NCBI GenBank assembly: GCA_905235305.1
Contig: CAJOLC010000027.1
Location: forward strand, 13,458-77,457
DNA: 64,000 bases
Direction of reading: 5' to 3'
Origin: an uncultured Bacteroidaceae bacterium
Lineage (GTDB): Bacteria > Bacteroidota > Bacteroidia > Bacteroidales > Bacteroidaceae
Shown piece by piece: positions 27,621 through 36,892 of the stretch (position 1 is its first letter; each line of letters begins with the position of its first letter). The position numbers and the translations under genes were made by a program. The notes under the pieces were generated by a model. That model made no database searches. It had not been told where the DNA came from and saw only the letters and a program-made list of their open reading frames with translations.

Positions 27621-29318
27621 TTACAGCCTTACCTTCACGACCTTGTCGGCGACCTTGATGATGTAGAGAGCCTTGCTTTCCAGTGCTACCTCTGTCTGGC
27701 TGGAGTTGAGCCTCTGCGACTGCAGTAGCTGTCCGTCGGTGGTATAGACGTAGAGCATGTCGCCTGCTTTGGCATTCCGCACGCTTACACCACCGGTTCG
27801 GCCCAGGACTCTTATGCCGTCGCTCGACTTCCTTATGTCTTGGAGAGCGTCGGGACTGTCCTGTTCGAAGGTCACGAAAAGCGTGGAGTAGTCGTTCTCG
27901 ATGACTGGCGTGGTAATCATCCCTGCTTCCGTGACTTGGCCGGTAATGTCTTCGTTGTTGAATGTCACGCTGTGAACCTGCCAGCCGATGGCGGGCTCCA
28001 GCTTGTAGGTATACTGGCTGCCCTTCTCCACTTGCTGCAGGATGGCACCGCTTTCTGATGTCGACAGGGCAATGAAGGCCTGTGTGGAGGGTTCGGGATT
28101 CACGTCGATGCCTGCGCCGTCGCTTGTGTCGTCGCCTTCAATCCACAGGGCCGAGAATATCCAGCGGTTGTTGATCTTGCCTACCTGTCTGGTCTCGCCG
28201 GTGTTGACATCTATCTCGTAGAGGGCCGTATCGTATTTGCCGTTGGCGCGCCATTCCTTGTCGCTCAGGGTAGCCCACGATCCCCATTCGTTGATACCCT
28301 TTCCGCTGTTGTAATATCCTACCCAGTACATCTTGTCCGGATTGCTCATGGCGAAGCATGCGGCCTGTCTCTTGTACTGAGAGCAATAGCCTGTGGCAGG
28401 CACCAGAGGCTCGAAGTCGGTGTATGCCTCACCATCCACGTCCACCTTCTCTACGGCATTCGTCTTTATGAGACCAGTCGTGAGGTCGAACTCCCACAGT
28501 TGTGCGCCGACGAGGTTGCCGTCGATGTTGCGCATCTTGCCGTCATTGTCGACGACGCCACTGGCGCCGCCGCTGGTCAGGGCAAAGGCGCGTCCGTCGC
28601 TGTTGATGGCAAACGTGATGAAGTTATAGTAGTAGAGTCCGGGCGTGACAGGCGTCACCTTCATGGTTGCCAAGTCAATGGTGCAGAGGCAGTAACCAGC
28701 GTCGCCGTCGGTCATGTCGGCATCCTCGTCCTCGAAGTAGTCGGGGTCGCTGGTGATATCTTCAGGCAAGTCCTGCCCCGTCAGGTAGAAGAGTCCGTAT
28801 ACCTTGCCGTCCTTGGGGTTGTAGGCCATGCCTGCCGACTCCAGATGGTCTGATTTCGGACGTATCTCTCTGCTCAGCAGTTCGCCGGTTGTTGCATTCC
28901 ATTTGCACACCTGGAACAGTTCCTCGTCGACGGTGGAGGACTCGTCGCGCGAGAAGACTGTCACGAGCTGACCGTCGACGTACACTGCACCCGAGTTGCC
29001 GAACATGAGGTTGAAGTTCGTGGCCCACAACGCCTTGTCTGTGTCCCCGCGTACTTCTGCGATGTCCACGGCAGGGTCTTTCTCGGGAGTAGTGATGGTC
29101 GTGCCGTTGTAATTCATGCCGTAGATTCCGTTGTCTACGATGAAGATGGCTTTTCCCAGGTCGCTGTTCCATCCCACATAGGTCGAGACCATCTTCTCAC
29201 CGTCGTCGTAGCGGTTGTCGTGTCCGATGCCTTTCAGCCTGATGTCCTGTGCGTTCATCTGCAGGCAGAAAGAAGTTACCAGCAATGTCTGAACAAAAAG
29301 TAGAAGATTTGCTTTCAT
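27621..29318 (-). CDS. 565-aa secreted protein of unknown function with a T9SS-type C-terminal domain
   Basis: Signal peptide MKANLLLFVQTLLVTSFCLQMNAQ. Ends ...MLYVYTTDGQLLQSQRLNSSQTEVALESKALYIIKVADKVVKVRL. Confidence 0.7.
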   Translation of the reverse strand: MKANLLLFVQTLLVTSFCLQMNAQDIRLKGIGHDNRYDDGEKMVSTYVGWNSDLGKAIFIVDNGIYGMNYNGTTITTPEKDPAVDIAEVRGDTDKALWATNFNLMFGNSGAVYVDGQLVTVFSRDESSTVDEELFQVCKWNATTGELLSREIRPKSDHLESAGMAYNPKDGKVYGLFYLTGQDLPEDITSDPDYFEDEDADMTDGDAGYCLCTIDLATMKVTPVTPGLYYYNFITFAINSDGRAFALTSGGASGVVDNDGKMRNIDGNLVGAQLWEFDLTTGLIKTNAVEKVDVDGEAYTDFEPLVPATGYCSQYKRQAACFAMSNPDKMYWVGYYNSGKGINEWGSWATLSDKEWRANGKYDTALYEIDVNTGETRQVGKINNRWIFSALWIEGDDTSDGAGIDVNPEPSTQAFIALSTSESGAILQQVEKGSQYTYKLEPAIGWQVHSVTFNNEDITGQVTEAGMITTPVIENDYSTLFVTFEQDSPDALQDIRKSSDGIRVLGRTGGVSVRNAKAGDMLYVYTTDGQLLQSQRLNSSQTEVALESKALYIIKVADKVVKVRL

Positions 29319-29420
29319 GTGTTTATTTGTGAAATTAGTTCGTTGGTATTTCGATTTATGATAAGTCCCTTTCCGATGCCTTTAATTGCAATATGTCAGG
29401 TATTAGCGTGAAAAACTCGA

Positions 29421-29428
29421 CAAAGGTA
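29421..29428 (-). promoter_or_regulatory. -7 box TACCTTTG upstream of the 565-aa gene
   Basis: Plus strand reads caaaggta, ~100 nt upstream of ATG 29318. Confidence 0.35.
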
Positions 29429-29563
29429 CAAAGAAAGTGTCAAAAAGCAAAAACTATCGTTCATTTTGTGTCAAATTGCCATTCCCAGTGAGCAATTGGT
29501 CGGCTCGGGATAACATAATTCCCGATATGAAATGTCGGATTTCATGCCGACGCCAGTCTGCCT

Positions 29564-29670
29564 CTCAAACGCGACGCGTCGTTCCCTCAAATGCGACACG
29601 TCCTTCTTGCCAACGCGACGCGTCCTTCTCTCAAATGCGACGCGTCGTCTTTGCAGACGTCACGCGTCGG
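29564..29670. repeat. five tandem ~22-nt units CAAATGCGACGCGTC(N)TTC
   Basis: Units start at about 29564, 29586, 29611, 29632 and 29654. Each core contains an ACGCGT or ACACGT palindrome. Confidence 0.75.
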
Positions 29671-29697
29671 ATGCTTCCGGAGGCTGTCTGGATGAAT

Positions 29698-29731
29698 AAA
29701 AAAAGGCACATCGCTTTCGATGCGATGTGCC
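29698..29731 (-). terminator. rho-independent terminator of secDF
   Basis: GGCACATCGC (29705-29714) pairs with GCGATGTGCC (29722-29731). A T7 run follows on the minus strand. Confidence 0.8.
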
Positions 29732-29767
29732 CTCCTTATATATAATATATAATGTATCGTCTGCCGT

Positions 29768-32700
29768 TTACTTCTTTTCAACCTCCTCCACGATGCTCTT
29801 GCCTCTGGTGAGGTAAGCCGTGGGAGCTGCGATGAAGATAGAAGACAACGTGCCGAAGATGACACCCAGAATCATGGCGAATGCAAAGCTGCGGATGCTG
29901 GCGCCACCAAGGCAGAAGATGACTGCAAGCACGATGAACGTGGATACTGAGGTGTTGATGGTACGGTTCAAGGTGCTGTTCAGCGAAGCATTGAAGAGCT
30001 CCTGCTTGTCGCGCTTCGGGTGCAGGTGGAGGAACTCGCGGATGCGGTCGAAGACCACAACCTTGTCGTTGATGGAGTAACCGATGGCGGTCAGCACGGC
30101 ACCAATGAACGTCTGGTCAATCTCCAGAGAGAATGGCATCCAGCCCCAGCACATACTGTACATACCCAGGATGAGGATGATGTCCACGACAAGAGCCGTG
30201 ATGGCTCCGATGGAGAAGCTGAGGTTGCGGAAACGGATGAAGATGTAGACGAAGATGGCAATGAAAGCCAGGATGACACTCCAGATGGCACCCTTCGTGA
30301 TGTCAGATGCCACGGAGGGGCCTACCTTCTGGCTGCTGATGATAGAGCCGCCGGCACGCTCGTCGCGGTTGATGAAGTTCTCGAGCGTCAGGTCGCCTGC
30401 CAGGAGATTACCGTCCTTCAGCGTCTCGAACAGCTTTTGCTCTATCTCGCTGTCCACCTCGATGCCGTCCTCTTCAATGCGGTAGTTCGTAGAGATACGT
30501 ATGGTCTTGCCCTCCGTGCCGAGAGCGATGGCACTGGTATTGCTTTCGGGGAATGCCTCGGCAAGCAAGCCGCGAACAGTCTCCGGCTGCACCGTGTTCT
30601 CGAACAGCACTACGAAGTTGCGACCACCTGTGAAGTCAATGCTCTTGCTGAAGCCTCTTGACAGCATGAAGCCAATGCTGATGACTGCCAAAGTACCGAA
30701 GATGGCGAAGCTCTTCTTGTAGGCGTTCATGAACTTGTATGTGGGGTTCTGGAAGGAAATCTTGTCGCCGATATTCGTGCGGAAGGTGAGGTTGAGCCAC
30801 TTGTCCTTATCCATCACCTGAGTATATACGACGCGCGTCAGGAATACTGCAGTGAAGAAGCTGACGCAGATACCAATCAGCAACGTGGTTGCGAAGCCGC
30901 GGATGGGACCTGTACCGAAGTAGTAGAGGATGATGGCCGTAATGACTGACGTCAGGTTCGAGTCGAAGATGGCACTGAAAGCATTGCTGTAACCTGCCGC
31001 GAGTGCTTCACGGACCTTCTTTCCTGCCTTCATCTCTTCCTTCGTACGCTCGTAGATGAGCACGTTGGCATCAACCGCCATACCCAGCGACAGCACCATA
31101 CCGGCAATACCACTCATGGTCAGAGCCGCCTGGAAGCTGGTCAGGATACCGATGGTGAAGAAGAGGTTCAGGATAAGAGCACAGTTGGCGACCATGCCGG
31201 GAATAAATCCGTACATCGTAATCATGTAAACCATGAGGATGACAAAGGCGATGACGCAGCTCCAGACACCTTGACGGATGGACTCTGCACCGAGAGAAGG
31301 ACCAACGATTTCCTCGCTCACAATCTTTGCGGGAGCAGGCATCTTACCAGACTTCAGCACGTTTGCGAGGTCGCGAGTGTCTTCGGCAGTGAAGTGACCA
31401 GTGATCTCAGAGTTTCCACCAGTAATCTCGCTCTGTACGGTGGGAGCACTGTAGACATTATCATCAAGGACGATGGCAACGCTACGCTTGAGGTTGGCCT
31501 TCGTGAGGGCTGCCCAGCGGCGTGCGCCATCCACATTCATCTTCATGCTTACGCAAGGCATGCCACGCTGGTCGAATGAATCGCTGGCATCGGTAACGAC
31601 GTCTCCTTCGAGGGGAGCACGGCCGTTGCGCTCCGTAACCTTGATGGCATAGAGCTCATAGATGTTGGCACTGGCACCTTCACCCATGCCCTTTACGCCC
31701 CACTTGAGACGGAGGTCGGAGGGAAGGACTTCCTTGGCTTCGGGAGAAGCAAGGAGCTCGTCGATGTCATCCATGTCGCGCTTGCTGGCGAAACCTACTA
31801 CGCAACCGTAAGGGCGTTGTGCCACTTGCAGGCGACTCAGCAGGGGATGTGCCTTGTGTGCCTTCTCGATGTCGGCAGCAGAAGCATTGGCAGCAGGCGT
31901 CTCGTCGTTGCTTTCAGCAATGGCAGAAGCGAGGTCGGCAGCAGCCTTGGCTGTGTCTGCCTTTTCCTCAACCTGTTGCTCGTCGGCCTGTGCAACAGCT
32001 TCAGTGCTGTCGGCAGGAGCTTCGTCCTTGATGCCACTCAAGGCGGCAGCAAGCTTTGTGTCGAGGTTAATGAGGAAGGGCACAATCTCTTGTGTGTTAT
32101 AGGTCTCCCAGAACTCGAGGTTAGCACTGCCTTGCAGCAGCTTGCGGACGCGCTCCGGCTCCTTAATGCCCGGCATCTCAATCATGATGCGACCTTCCTG
32201 TCCTTCGAGAGCCTGGATGTTAGGCTGTACGACGCCGAAGCGGTCGATACGGGTGCGCAGCACGTTGTAAGAGTTATCGATGGCACTCTTGACTTCAGCA
32301 CGCAGGACGCTCTCGACTTCCTTGTCTGTGCTCTTTGTCGTGACCTTGTCGCGCAGCTGTTGCGTTGCAAAGAGTTCGGCGAGAGCTTTGTTAGGCTCGA
32401 GGGCTTTGTAGTCTTTGATGAATAAGGTAATAAAGTCACTTTGGCTGGCGGCAGCCTCTTTTGTGGCCTGCTCGACTGCCTTGCGGAAGTTCTCGTCTGT
32501 TTCTTCTTTGTGGTCGGCGAGTGCCTTGATGACATCAGGCACGCTGACTTCCAGAATAACATTCATACCTCCCTTGAGGTCAAGACCAAGTCCAATGCCC
32601 ATTTCGCGGCATTCCTTCAATGTCCATACATTGAGGTAGACCTTGTTGTTGAGCAGAGAATCCAGGTAGCGGTCGGCAGTTGCCTGTCCTTCTGTCTGTG

Positions 32701-32814
32701 CGAGTGCTGCTGCCTTGTTCTCGTAGTGATTGGTCACGACGGAGAGCTAAGGTAGAAGAGGCACACGAGTGTCAGCAGAACTGCGAAGAATTTTACAAAT
32801 CCTTTGTTTTGCAT
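29768..32814 (-). CDS. secDF: protein translocase subunit SecDF (fusion); N-terminal 26 codons are out of frame with the rest
   Basis: The 989-aa ORF from GTG 32737 has SecD and SecF membrane domains. ATG 32814 encodes MQNKGFVKFFAVLLTLVCLFYLS (the expected first TM helix) and then changes frame around 32745. Confidence 0.9.
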
Positions 32815-32874
32815 TGTTGATAGAATTATTTAATGTTTTGTTTATATTTATTCTGTTTTGTGCATAATAGCGTG

Positions 32875-32882
32875 CAAAGATA
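32875..32882 (-). promoter_or_regulatory. -7 box TATCTTTG upstream of secDF
   Basis: Plus strand reads caaagata, 61 nt upstream of ATG 32814. This supports 32814 as the real start. Confidence 0.45.
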
Positions 32883-32937
32883 CAACTTTTTCCATAAAAC
32901 AAAGAGGAAATGAGTGTTTTTTTTCGATAAAGGCGGC

Positions 32938-33996
32938 TTAATGTGCTTTTTTGCCTATGCGGGCGACGAGTGGATAGTGGTCGGAGAAGGGCATGGTCTT
33001 GTCTATGTGGCAGGAGTGGCATTGCCAGTCTTTGGGGTAGAAGATGTGGTCTATGCGTACGGGGAAGAAGCGTTGGGAGAAGGTGAATCCCGGGCCGAAT
33101 CCTGCTTCGCGATAGGCCGAATGGAGTCGGTGTGCCAGCCTTTGGTAGGTATAGGAGATGGGTGTGTCGTTGTGGTCGCCGCAGACGATGACGGGGTGGG
33201 CTGCGTTGCGGTCGACAAGTGAACAGATGCTGTCGGTCTGTGCGCCTCGGTAGACAGCGGCTTCGCTCAGTTTCTGGAGGAGCATTCGTGAGCTGTGCTT
33301 GATGGTTTGCCGGTGTGGGTCTGTGATGGCGTTGGCATAGTCGTTTCTGTCTGTCGTGCTGAGGTGTGTGCTTTCCAGGTGGTTGTTGACGACGAGGAGG
33401 CTGTCTCCGTGGCAGTCTATCCAGCAGGCTGTGCTTTGGTTGCTGCGTGTCGGGTACTGGATGCTCAGGGTGTCGCTCAGGAATGGCAGTGTGGAGAGGA
33501 TGGCGAGATTGGTGTGTTGCCGGTAGTGGTAGGCGGTGGTGTCGAGCCATTCCTGGTGTTTGGTGAGGAAGTCTTTGGGCAGTTCCTGAAGGCAGACGAT
33601 GTCGGCGTGGGTGACGTTAATGAAGTGGAGGAGTTGTTCCTGCGCGTCGTTGCCTGACATGGGGCCTACGTTGAAGGTCAGGATGGTGATGTTGCTGTCG
33701 TCGGCTTCGCCGATAACCTTGTCTTTGCCGATGTTCAGGGGGCAGTAGTCGAGGGCGTGTGCGCCTACGAGGAGCAGTCCGGCGACGGGCACCCATGCCA
33801 GTCTTGCCTTGAAGAGAAGCCAGAAGAGGATGAACAGGATGTCGACGAGGAGGAAGACGGGGAATGCCAGGGCGAGGAGCGAGAGGTGCGGCAGGTGTTC
33901 GGGCGACAGGTATGTGAGTGCCACGCAGAGCCACAGGAGGAGTATGGTGCCGAGGTTTGCGCCGAGGAAGATGCTGATGGTGATGCGCTTCAACAT
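32938..33996 (-). CDS. membrane-anchored endonuclease/exonuclease/phosphatase family protein
   Basis: Trimmed to MLKRITISIFLGANLG (N-terminal TM helices). The EEP motifs are intact: FNV, CLQE, GDHND, RIDHIF, SDH. Confidence 0.8.
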   Translation of the reverse strand: MLKRITISIFLGANLGTILLLWLCVALTYLSPEHLPHLSLLALAFPVFLLVDILFILFWLLFKARLAWVPVAGLLLVGAHALDYCPLNIGKDKVIGEADDSNITILTFNVGPMSGNDAQEQLLHFINVTHADIVCLQELPKDFLTKHQEWLDTTAYHYRQHTNLAILSTLPFLSDTLSIQYPTRSNQSTACWIDCHGDSLLVVNNHLESTHLSTTDRNDYANAITDPHRQTIKHSSRMLLQKLSEAAVYRGAQTDSICSLVDRNAAHPVIVCGDHNDTPISYTYQRLAHRLHSAYREAGFGPGFTFSQRFFPVRIDHIFYPKDWQCHSCHIDKTMPFSDHYPLVARIGKKAH

Positions 33997-33998
33997 GG

Positions 33999-34931
33999 TT
34001 ATTTCCTGCTGATGTCGAAGAGGCGTTTCTTTTCTTCGGGTGTCAGGCCGTCGTATCCATTCTTCTTTATCTTGTCGAGGATGCGGTTGAGTTCTTCCTC
34101 CTGTTCTTTCTTCTGCTGTCGGTAGGCGGCTTCCTGGCCGTAGCGTCCGCCGTAGGTGACGTCGATGTGCGGTTCTTTCTTCTTGAAGAGAGACGTGAAC
34201 CACTGGCGGAAATTGTCCCAGGAGTTGCTGCCTCGGTCATAGTGTGTGTAGCCTCCGCGCCGCCTTCCCTTGCCTCCTCCATCGCGCCAGTAGAGGATGA
34301 GCAGCAGGCCGACGAGCATGCCGCCCAGGTGTGCCATGTGTGCCACTCCGTCGCCTCGTTGGGAGAGGGCCGATAGTAGTTCGATGACGGCATAGCCCAC
34401 GACGAAGTACTTCGCCTTGATGGGTGCCGGGATGGGGAAGATGAAGATGCGTTCGTTGGGGAAGGTCATGCCGAAGGCGAGCAGTATGCCGTAGACGGCT
34501 CCGGATGCTCCGACGGTGTTCCAGCGGTTCAGGTATTCTGCCATCGGCATGATGGTGTTGCCGAGGTTTATCTGTTCGTAGGCTCCGAATCCGTAGTACC
34601 AGTATTCGCCCATCTGCGCGAGTTCCTGCATGAGTCCGGCTCCGAGTCCGCAGGTGAGGTAGTAGAAGAGGAACCGCTTCTGCCCCATCGTCTGCTCGAT
34701 GATGCGTCCGAACATCCATACGGCGAACATGTTGAAGAAGATGTGCTGCCAGCTGGCGTGCATGAACATGTATGTGAAGAGTTGCCATGGGCGGAAGTTG
34801 CTGGCCAGGATGAAGTGTAGGCCGAACATCTCTTCGAGTTCGATGCCGTGCGATGCAAAGGCGAGTGTGGCGAAGAAGCACAGCACGTTGATGATGAGAA
34901 GGTTTTTGGTGATGGGAGGTATTGAGTTCAT
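33999..34931 (-). CDS. rhomboid family intramembrane serine protease
   Basis: MNSIPPITKNLLIINVLCFF. Catalytic motifs are GASGAVYGILLAFG (Ser) and AHLGGMLVGLL (His). It has a charged C-terminal extension. Confidence 0.85.
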   Translation of the reverse strand: MNSIPPITKNLLIINVLCFFATLAFASHGIELEEMFGLHFILASNFRPWQLFTYMFMHASWQHIFFNMFAVWMFGRIIEQTMGQKRFLFYYLTCGLGAGLMQELAQMGEYWYYGFGAYEQINLGNTIMPMAEYLNRWNTVGASGAVYGILLAFGMTFPNERIFIFPIPAPIKAKYFVVGYAVIELLSALSQRGDGVAHMAHLGGMLVGLLLILYWRDGGGKGRRRGGYTHYDRGSNSWDNFRQWFTSLFKKKEPHIDVTYGGRYGQEAAYRQQKKEQEEELNRILDKIKKNGYDGLTPEEKKRLFDISRK

Positions 34932-34963
34932 GTCTCTTGTGCGCAATATTATGTTTTCGCGTG

Positions 34964-34971
34964 CAAAGGTA
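34964..34971 (-). promoter_or_regulatory. -7 box TACCTTTG upstream of the rhomboid gene
   Basis: Plus strand reads caaaggta, 33 nt upstream of ATG 34931. Confidence 0.5.
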
Positions 34972-35077
34972 CGAAAAAATAGGCGTAGAAGTAGGGGAAA
35001 AGTGCCATTATATCGAGTTTTTTCACGTTTTATTGCATTTTTTTAGGAAAAAGCTTTGATGAAATGCCAAGTTTCGC

Positions 35078-35085
35078 TACATTTG
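35078..35085 (+). promoter_or_regulatory. -7 box TACATTTG upstream of hup
   Basis: Matches TAnnTTTG, 67 nt before ATG 35152. Confidence 0.4.
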
Positions 35086-35151
35086 TAATGCAAATAGCAA
35101 GAATATAGTGTATTAAACAACCTAATTACAAACAAATTAATCTTTAATCTT

Positions 35152-35415
35152 ATGAACAAGACTGAATTAGTTGCCCAGATCGCTGAGGGCGCTGGCTTGA
35201 GCAAGGTTGACGCCAAGAAGGCTCTGGATGCCACCCTGGATGCTATCCAGAAGGCTGTGAAGAAGGGTGACAAGGTTGCCCTCGTTGGCTTCGGCACATT
35301 CTCTGTTGCAAAGCGCGATGCTCGTAAGGGCATCAATCCTGCCACCAAGAAGACTATCACCATCCCTGCAAAGAAGGTGGTTAAGTTCAAGGCCGGCAAG
35401 GAATTGGCACTCTAA
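35152..35415 (+). CDS. hup: HU family DNA-binding protein
   Basis: MNKTELVAQIAEGAGLSKVDAKKALDA...GFGTFSVAKRDARKGINPATKK. Confidence 0.95.
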   Translation: MNKTELVAQIAEGAGLSKVDAKKALDATLDAIQKAVKKGDKVALVGFGTFSVAKRDARKGINPATKKTITIPAKKVVKFKAGKELAL

Positions 35416-35430
35416 AGAAGGCTTACTCCT

Positions 35431-35460
35431 AAGCTCCTCAGCAAGTTGGGGAGCTTTTTT
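35431..35460 (+). terminator. rho-independent terminator of hup
   Basis: AAGCTCC...GGAGCTT stem followed by a T run. Confidence 0.75.
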
Positions 35461-35537
35461 CATGCCTCTTTCCGCAAGGGAAGGGGCTTCTTTTTTGTGC
35501 CGTTTCAGTAATGGCAATAGCGATCCCTGCCGGAGGG

Positions 35538-35627
35538 ATTAGTATTCATGAGTCAAAGTATTAGTATTCGTGAGCCAAGGCAATAGTATTCATGAGGCAA
35601 GGAAATAGTATTCACGTTTGAGCAAGG
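35538..35627. repeat. four tandem 22-23-nt units A(T)TAGTATTCATGAG(N)CAAGG
   Basis: Units at 35538-59, 35560-82, 35583-604 and 35605-27. Confidence 0.75.
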
Positions 35628-35819
35628 CTCACTTTCCCTGTCCCTTCTGCGCGTGCGCCTGTGCGCGCTAATATATTATAATGTGTGGAAAAAAAGTTTG
35701 CACTTTTTCGTAAAATAGTTTGGCTTTGGGGTTAAAAAATGAGGGGGGTGCCTGTATATATAGACAGAAGCGCTTCAAGAGAACAACAAACAAAACCATG
35801 AACCAAAAACCAAACAACT

Positions 35820-36281
35820 ATGATTAACTACAGTATCGCAATCCTGAGCACCAAGCCCGGCACCAAGAAGGCTGACATCACTGAGACCAAGGCATACGGC
35901 ATCGCACAGAGTTCCAGTAGCATCGACATCAATGAATTCGCCCGACACATCGCCAATCACGGCTGCGTCTACAGCCGAGGCGACATCGTGGGACTCCTCA
36001 CGCAGGCCGTCGACTGCCTGAAGGAGCTTCTGCTCGAGGGCAAACGCGTCAGGCTCGGCGACCTCGGCGACTTCCAGGCACGAATCAAGTCGAAGGGAGC
36101 CAAGACCACCGAAGACTTCAACGCCAGCTACATTGAGGCAGTCACCGTCAGCTGGGAGCCTGGCAAGCCCTTCCAGAACCTCCGCAGCGAGGCCACCTTC
36201 CAGCTCGTGCCCAGCCGAGAGGCACAGGCCGATGCCATCGAAGTGATCCGCAACGAAGACACCATCCAAGGCCTCGAATAG
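35820..36281 (+). CDS. Bacteroidales-type HU-related DNA-binding protein (~150-aa family)
   Basis: 153 aa, MINYSIAILSTKPGTKK...RVRLGDLGDFQARIKSKGA. I recognised the family from memory, plus its usual neighbourhood (lytic enzyme and smalltalk peptide). Confidence 0.7.
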   Translation: MINYSIAILSTKPGTKKADITETKAYGIAQSSSSIDINEFARHIANHGCVYSRGDIVGLLTQAVDCLKELLLEGKRVRLGDLGDFQARIKSKGAKTTEDFNASYIEAVTVSWEPGKPFQNLRSEATFQLVPSREAQADAIEVIRNEDTIQGLE

Positions 36282-36283
36282 CC

Positions 36284-36682
36284 ATGACACGAGGACTCAG
36301 AAACTGCAACCCGCTGAACATACGGCGGGTTGCAGGTACCCATTGGAAAGGACAGGCAGCGCAGCAGACGGACAGCCAGTTCATCCAGTTCGAAACCGTG
36401 GAGTGGGGACTCAGGGCTGCCTTCTGCATCCTCCGCACTTATGCCCGCCGCTACAATGCCATCTGCATCAGCGACATCATACATCGCTGGGCGCCGCCCT
36501 CCGAAAACCTCACCGAGCAGTACATCCGCAATGTCTGCCTCTGGACGGGCTTCGGCGGACTGCAACGCCTCGCGGAATCCGACTGGCCCCGACTTGTCAA
36601 GGCCATGGCAAGGCAGGAATGTGGCATCGTGCTCCCGGACGCAACAATCGTACGAGCCTTCTGCCTGTACAAAGTAACCTAA
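36284..36682 (+). CDS. small 'structural protein P5'-like putative cell-wall lytic protein
   Basis: 132 aa, starting 2 nt after the HU-like stop. Motifs: RGLRNCNPLNIR...W.G...F..F....WGLRA...RWAPPSEN. The family assignment is from memory only. Confidence 0.5.
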   Translation: MTRGLRNCNPLNIRRVAGTHWKGQAAQQTDSQFIQFETVEWGLRAAFCILRTYARRYNAICISDIIHRWAPPSENLTEQYIRNVCLWTGFGGLQRLAESDWPRLVKAMARQECGIVLPDATIVRAFCLYKVT

Positions 36683-36712
36683 ATCATTAACTCAACAAAA
36701 CCAACACACAAA

Positions 36713-36823
36713 ATGAAAAAGACAAACATCGCAGAAATCGTGGCAAAGGTATTGGTGGCTGCTCTCACAGCCTTCCTCACGGCACTGACCACCACCTCCT
36801 GCATGGGCTGCGGGCCGTTCTGA
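36713..36823 (+). CDS. 36-aa hydrophobic peptide of the 'smalltalk' type
   Basis: Below the ORF-track cutoff. My own translation is MKKTNIAEIVAKVLVAALTAFLTALTTTSCMGCGPF*. One TM-like helix ends in TSC, in the canonical position after the HU-like and lytic genes. Confidence 0.65.
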   Translation: MKKTNIAEIVAKVLVAALTAFLTALTTTSCMGCGPF

Positions 36824-36859
36824 CGCTCAGAGACAGGCATGCAGACCCGCTAAACAAAC

Positions 36860-36884
36860 GAACCTCCCCATCTCGGGGAGGCTC
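36860..36884. terminator. hairpin between convergent genes
   Basis: CCTCCCC (36863-69) pairs with GGGGAGG (36875-81), with a 5-nt loop. Confidence 0.5.
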
Positions 36885-36892
36885 GTTGCTTA

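Noticed and set aside
29564-29670. Possibility that the tandem arrays (29564, 35538, 20356, 3081/27409) are CRISPR arrays.
   Set aside because: The units are contiguous with no unique spacers, there are only 3-5 copies, the units are ~22 nt, and no cas genes are present in the window.
29437-29745. ORFs inside repeat-rich intergenic DNA: 29437..29745, 52395..52625, 52427..52693, 52471..52674, 62208..62405, 62897..63082.
   Set aside because: They run through tandem repeats or the dispersed non-coding element. The copies of that element differ by indels that are not multiples of three, and they have stops in every frame.
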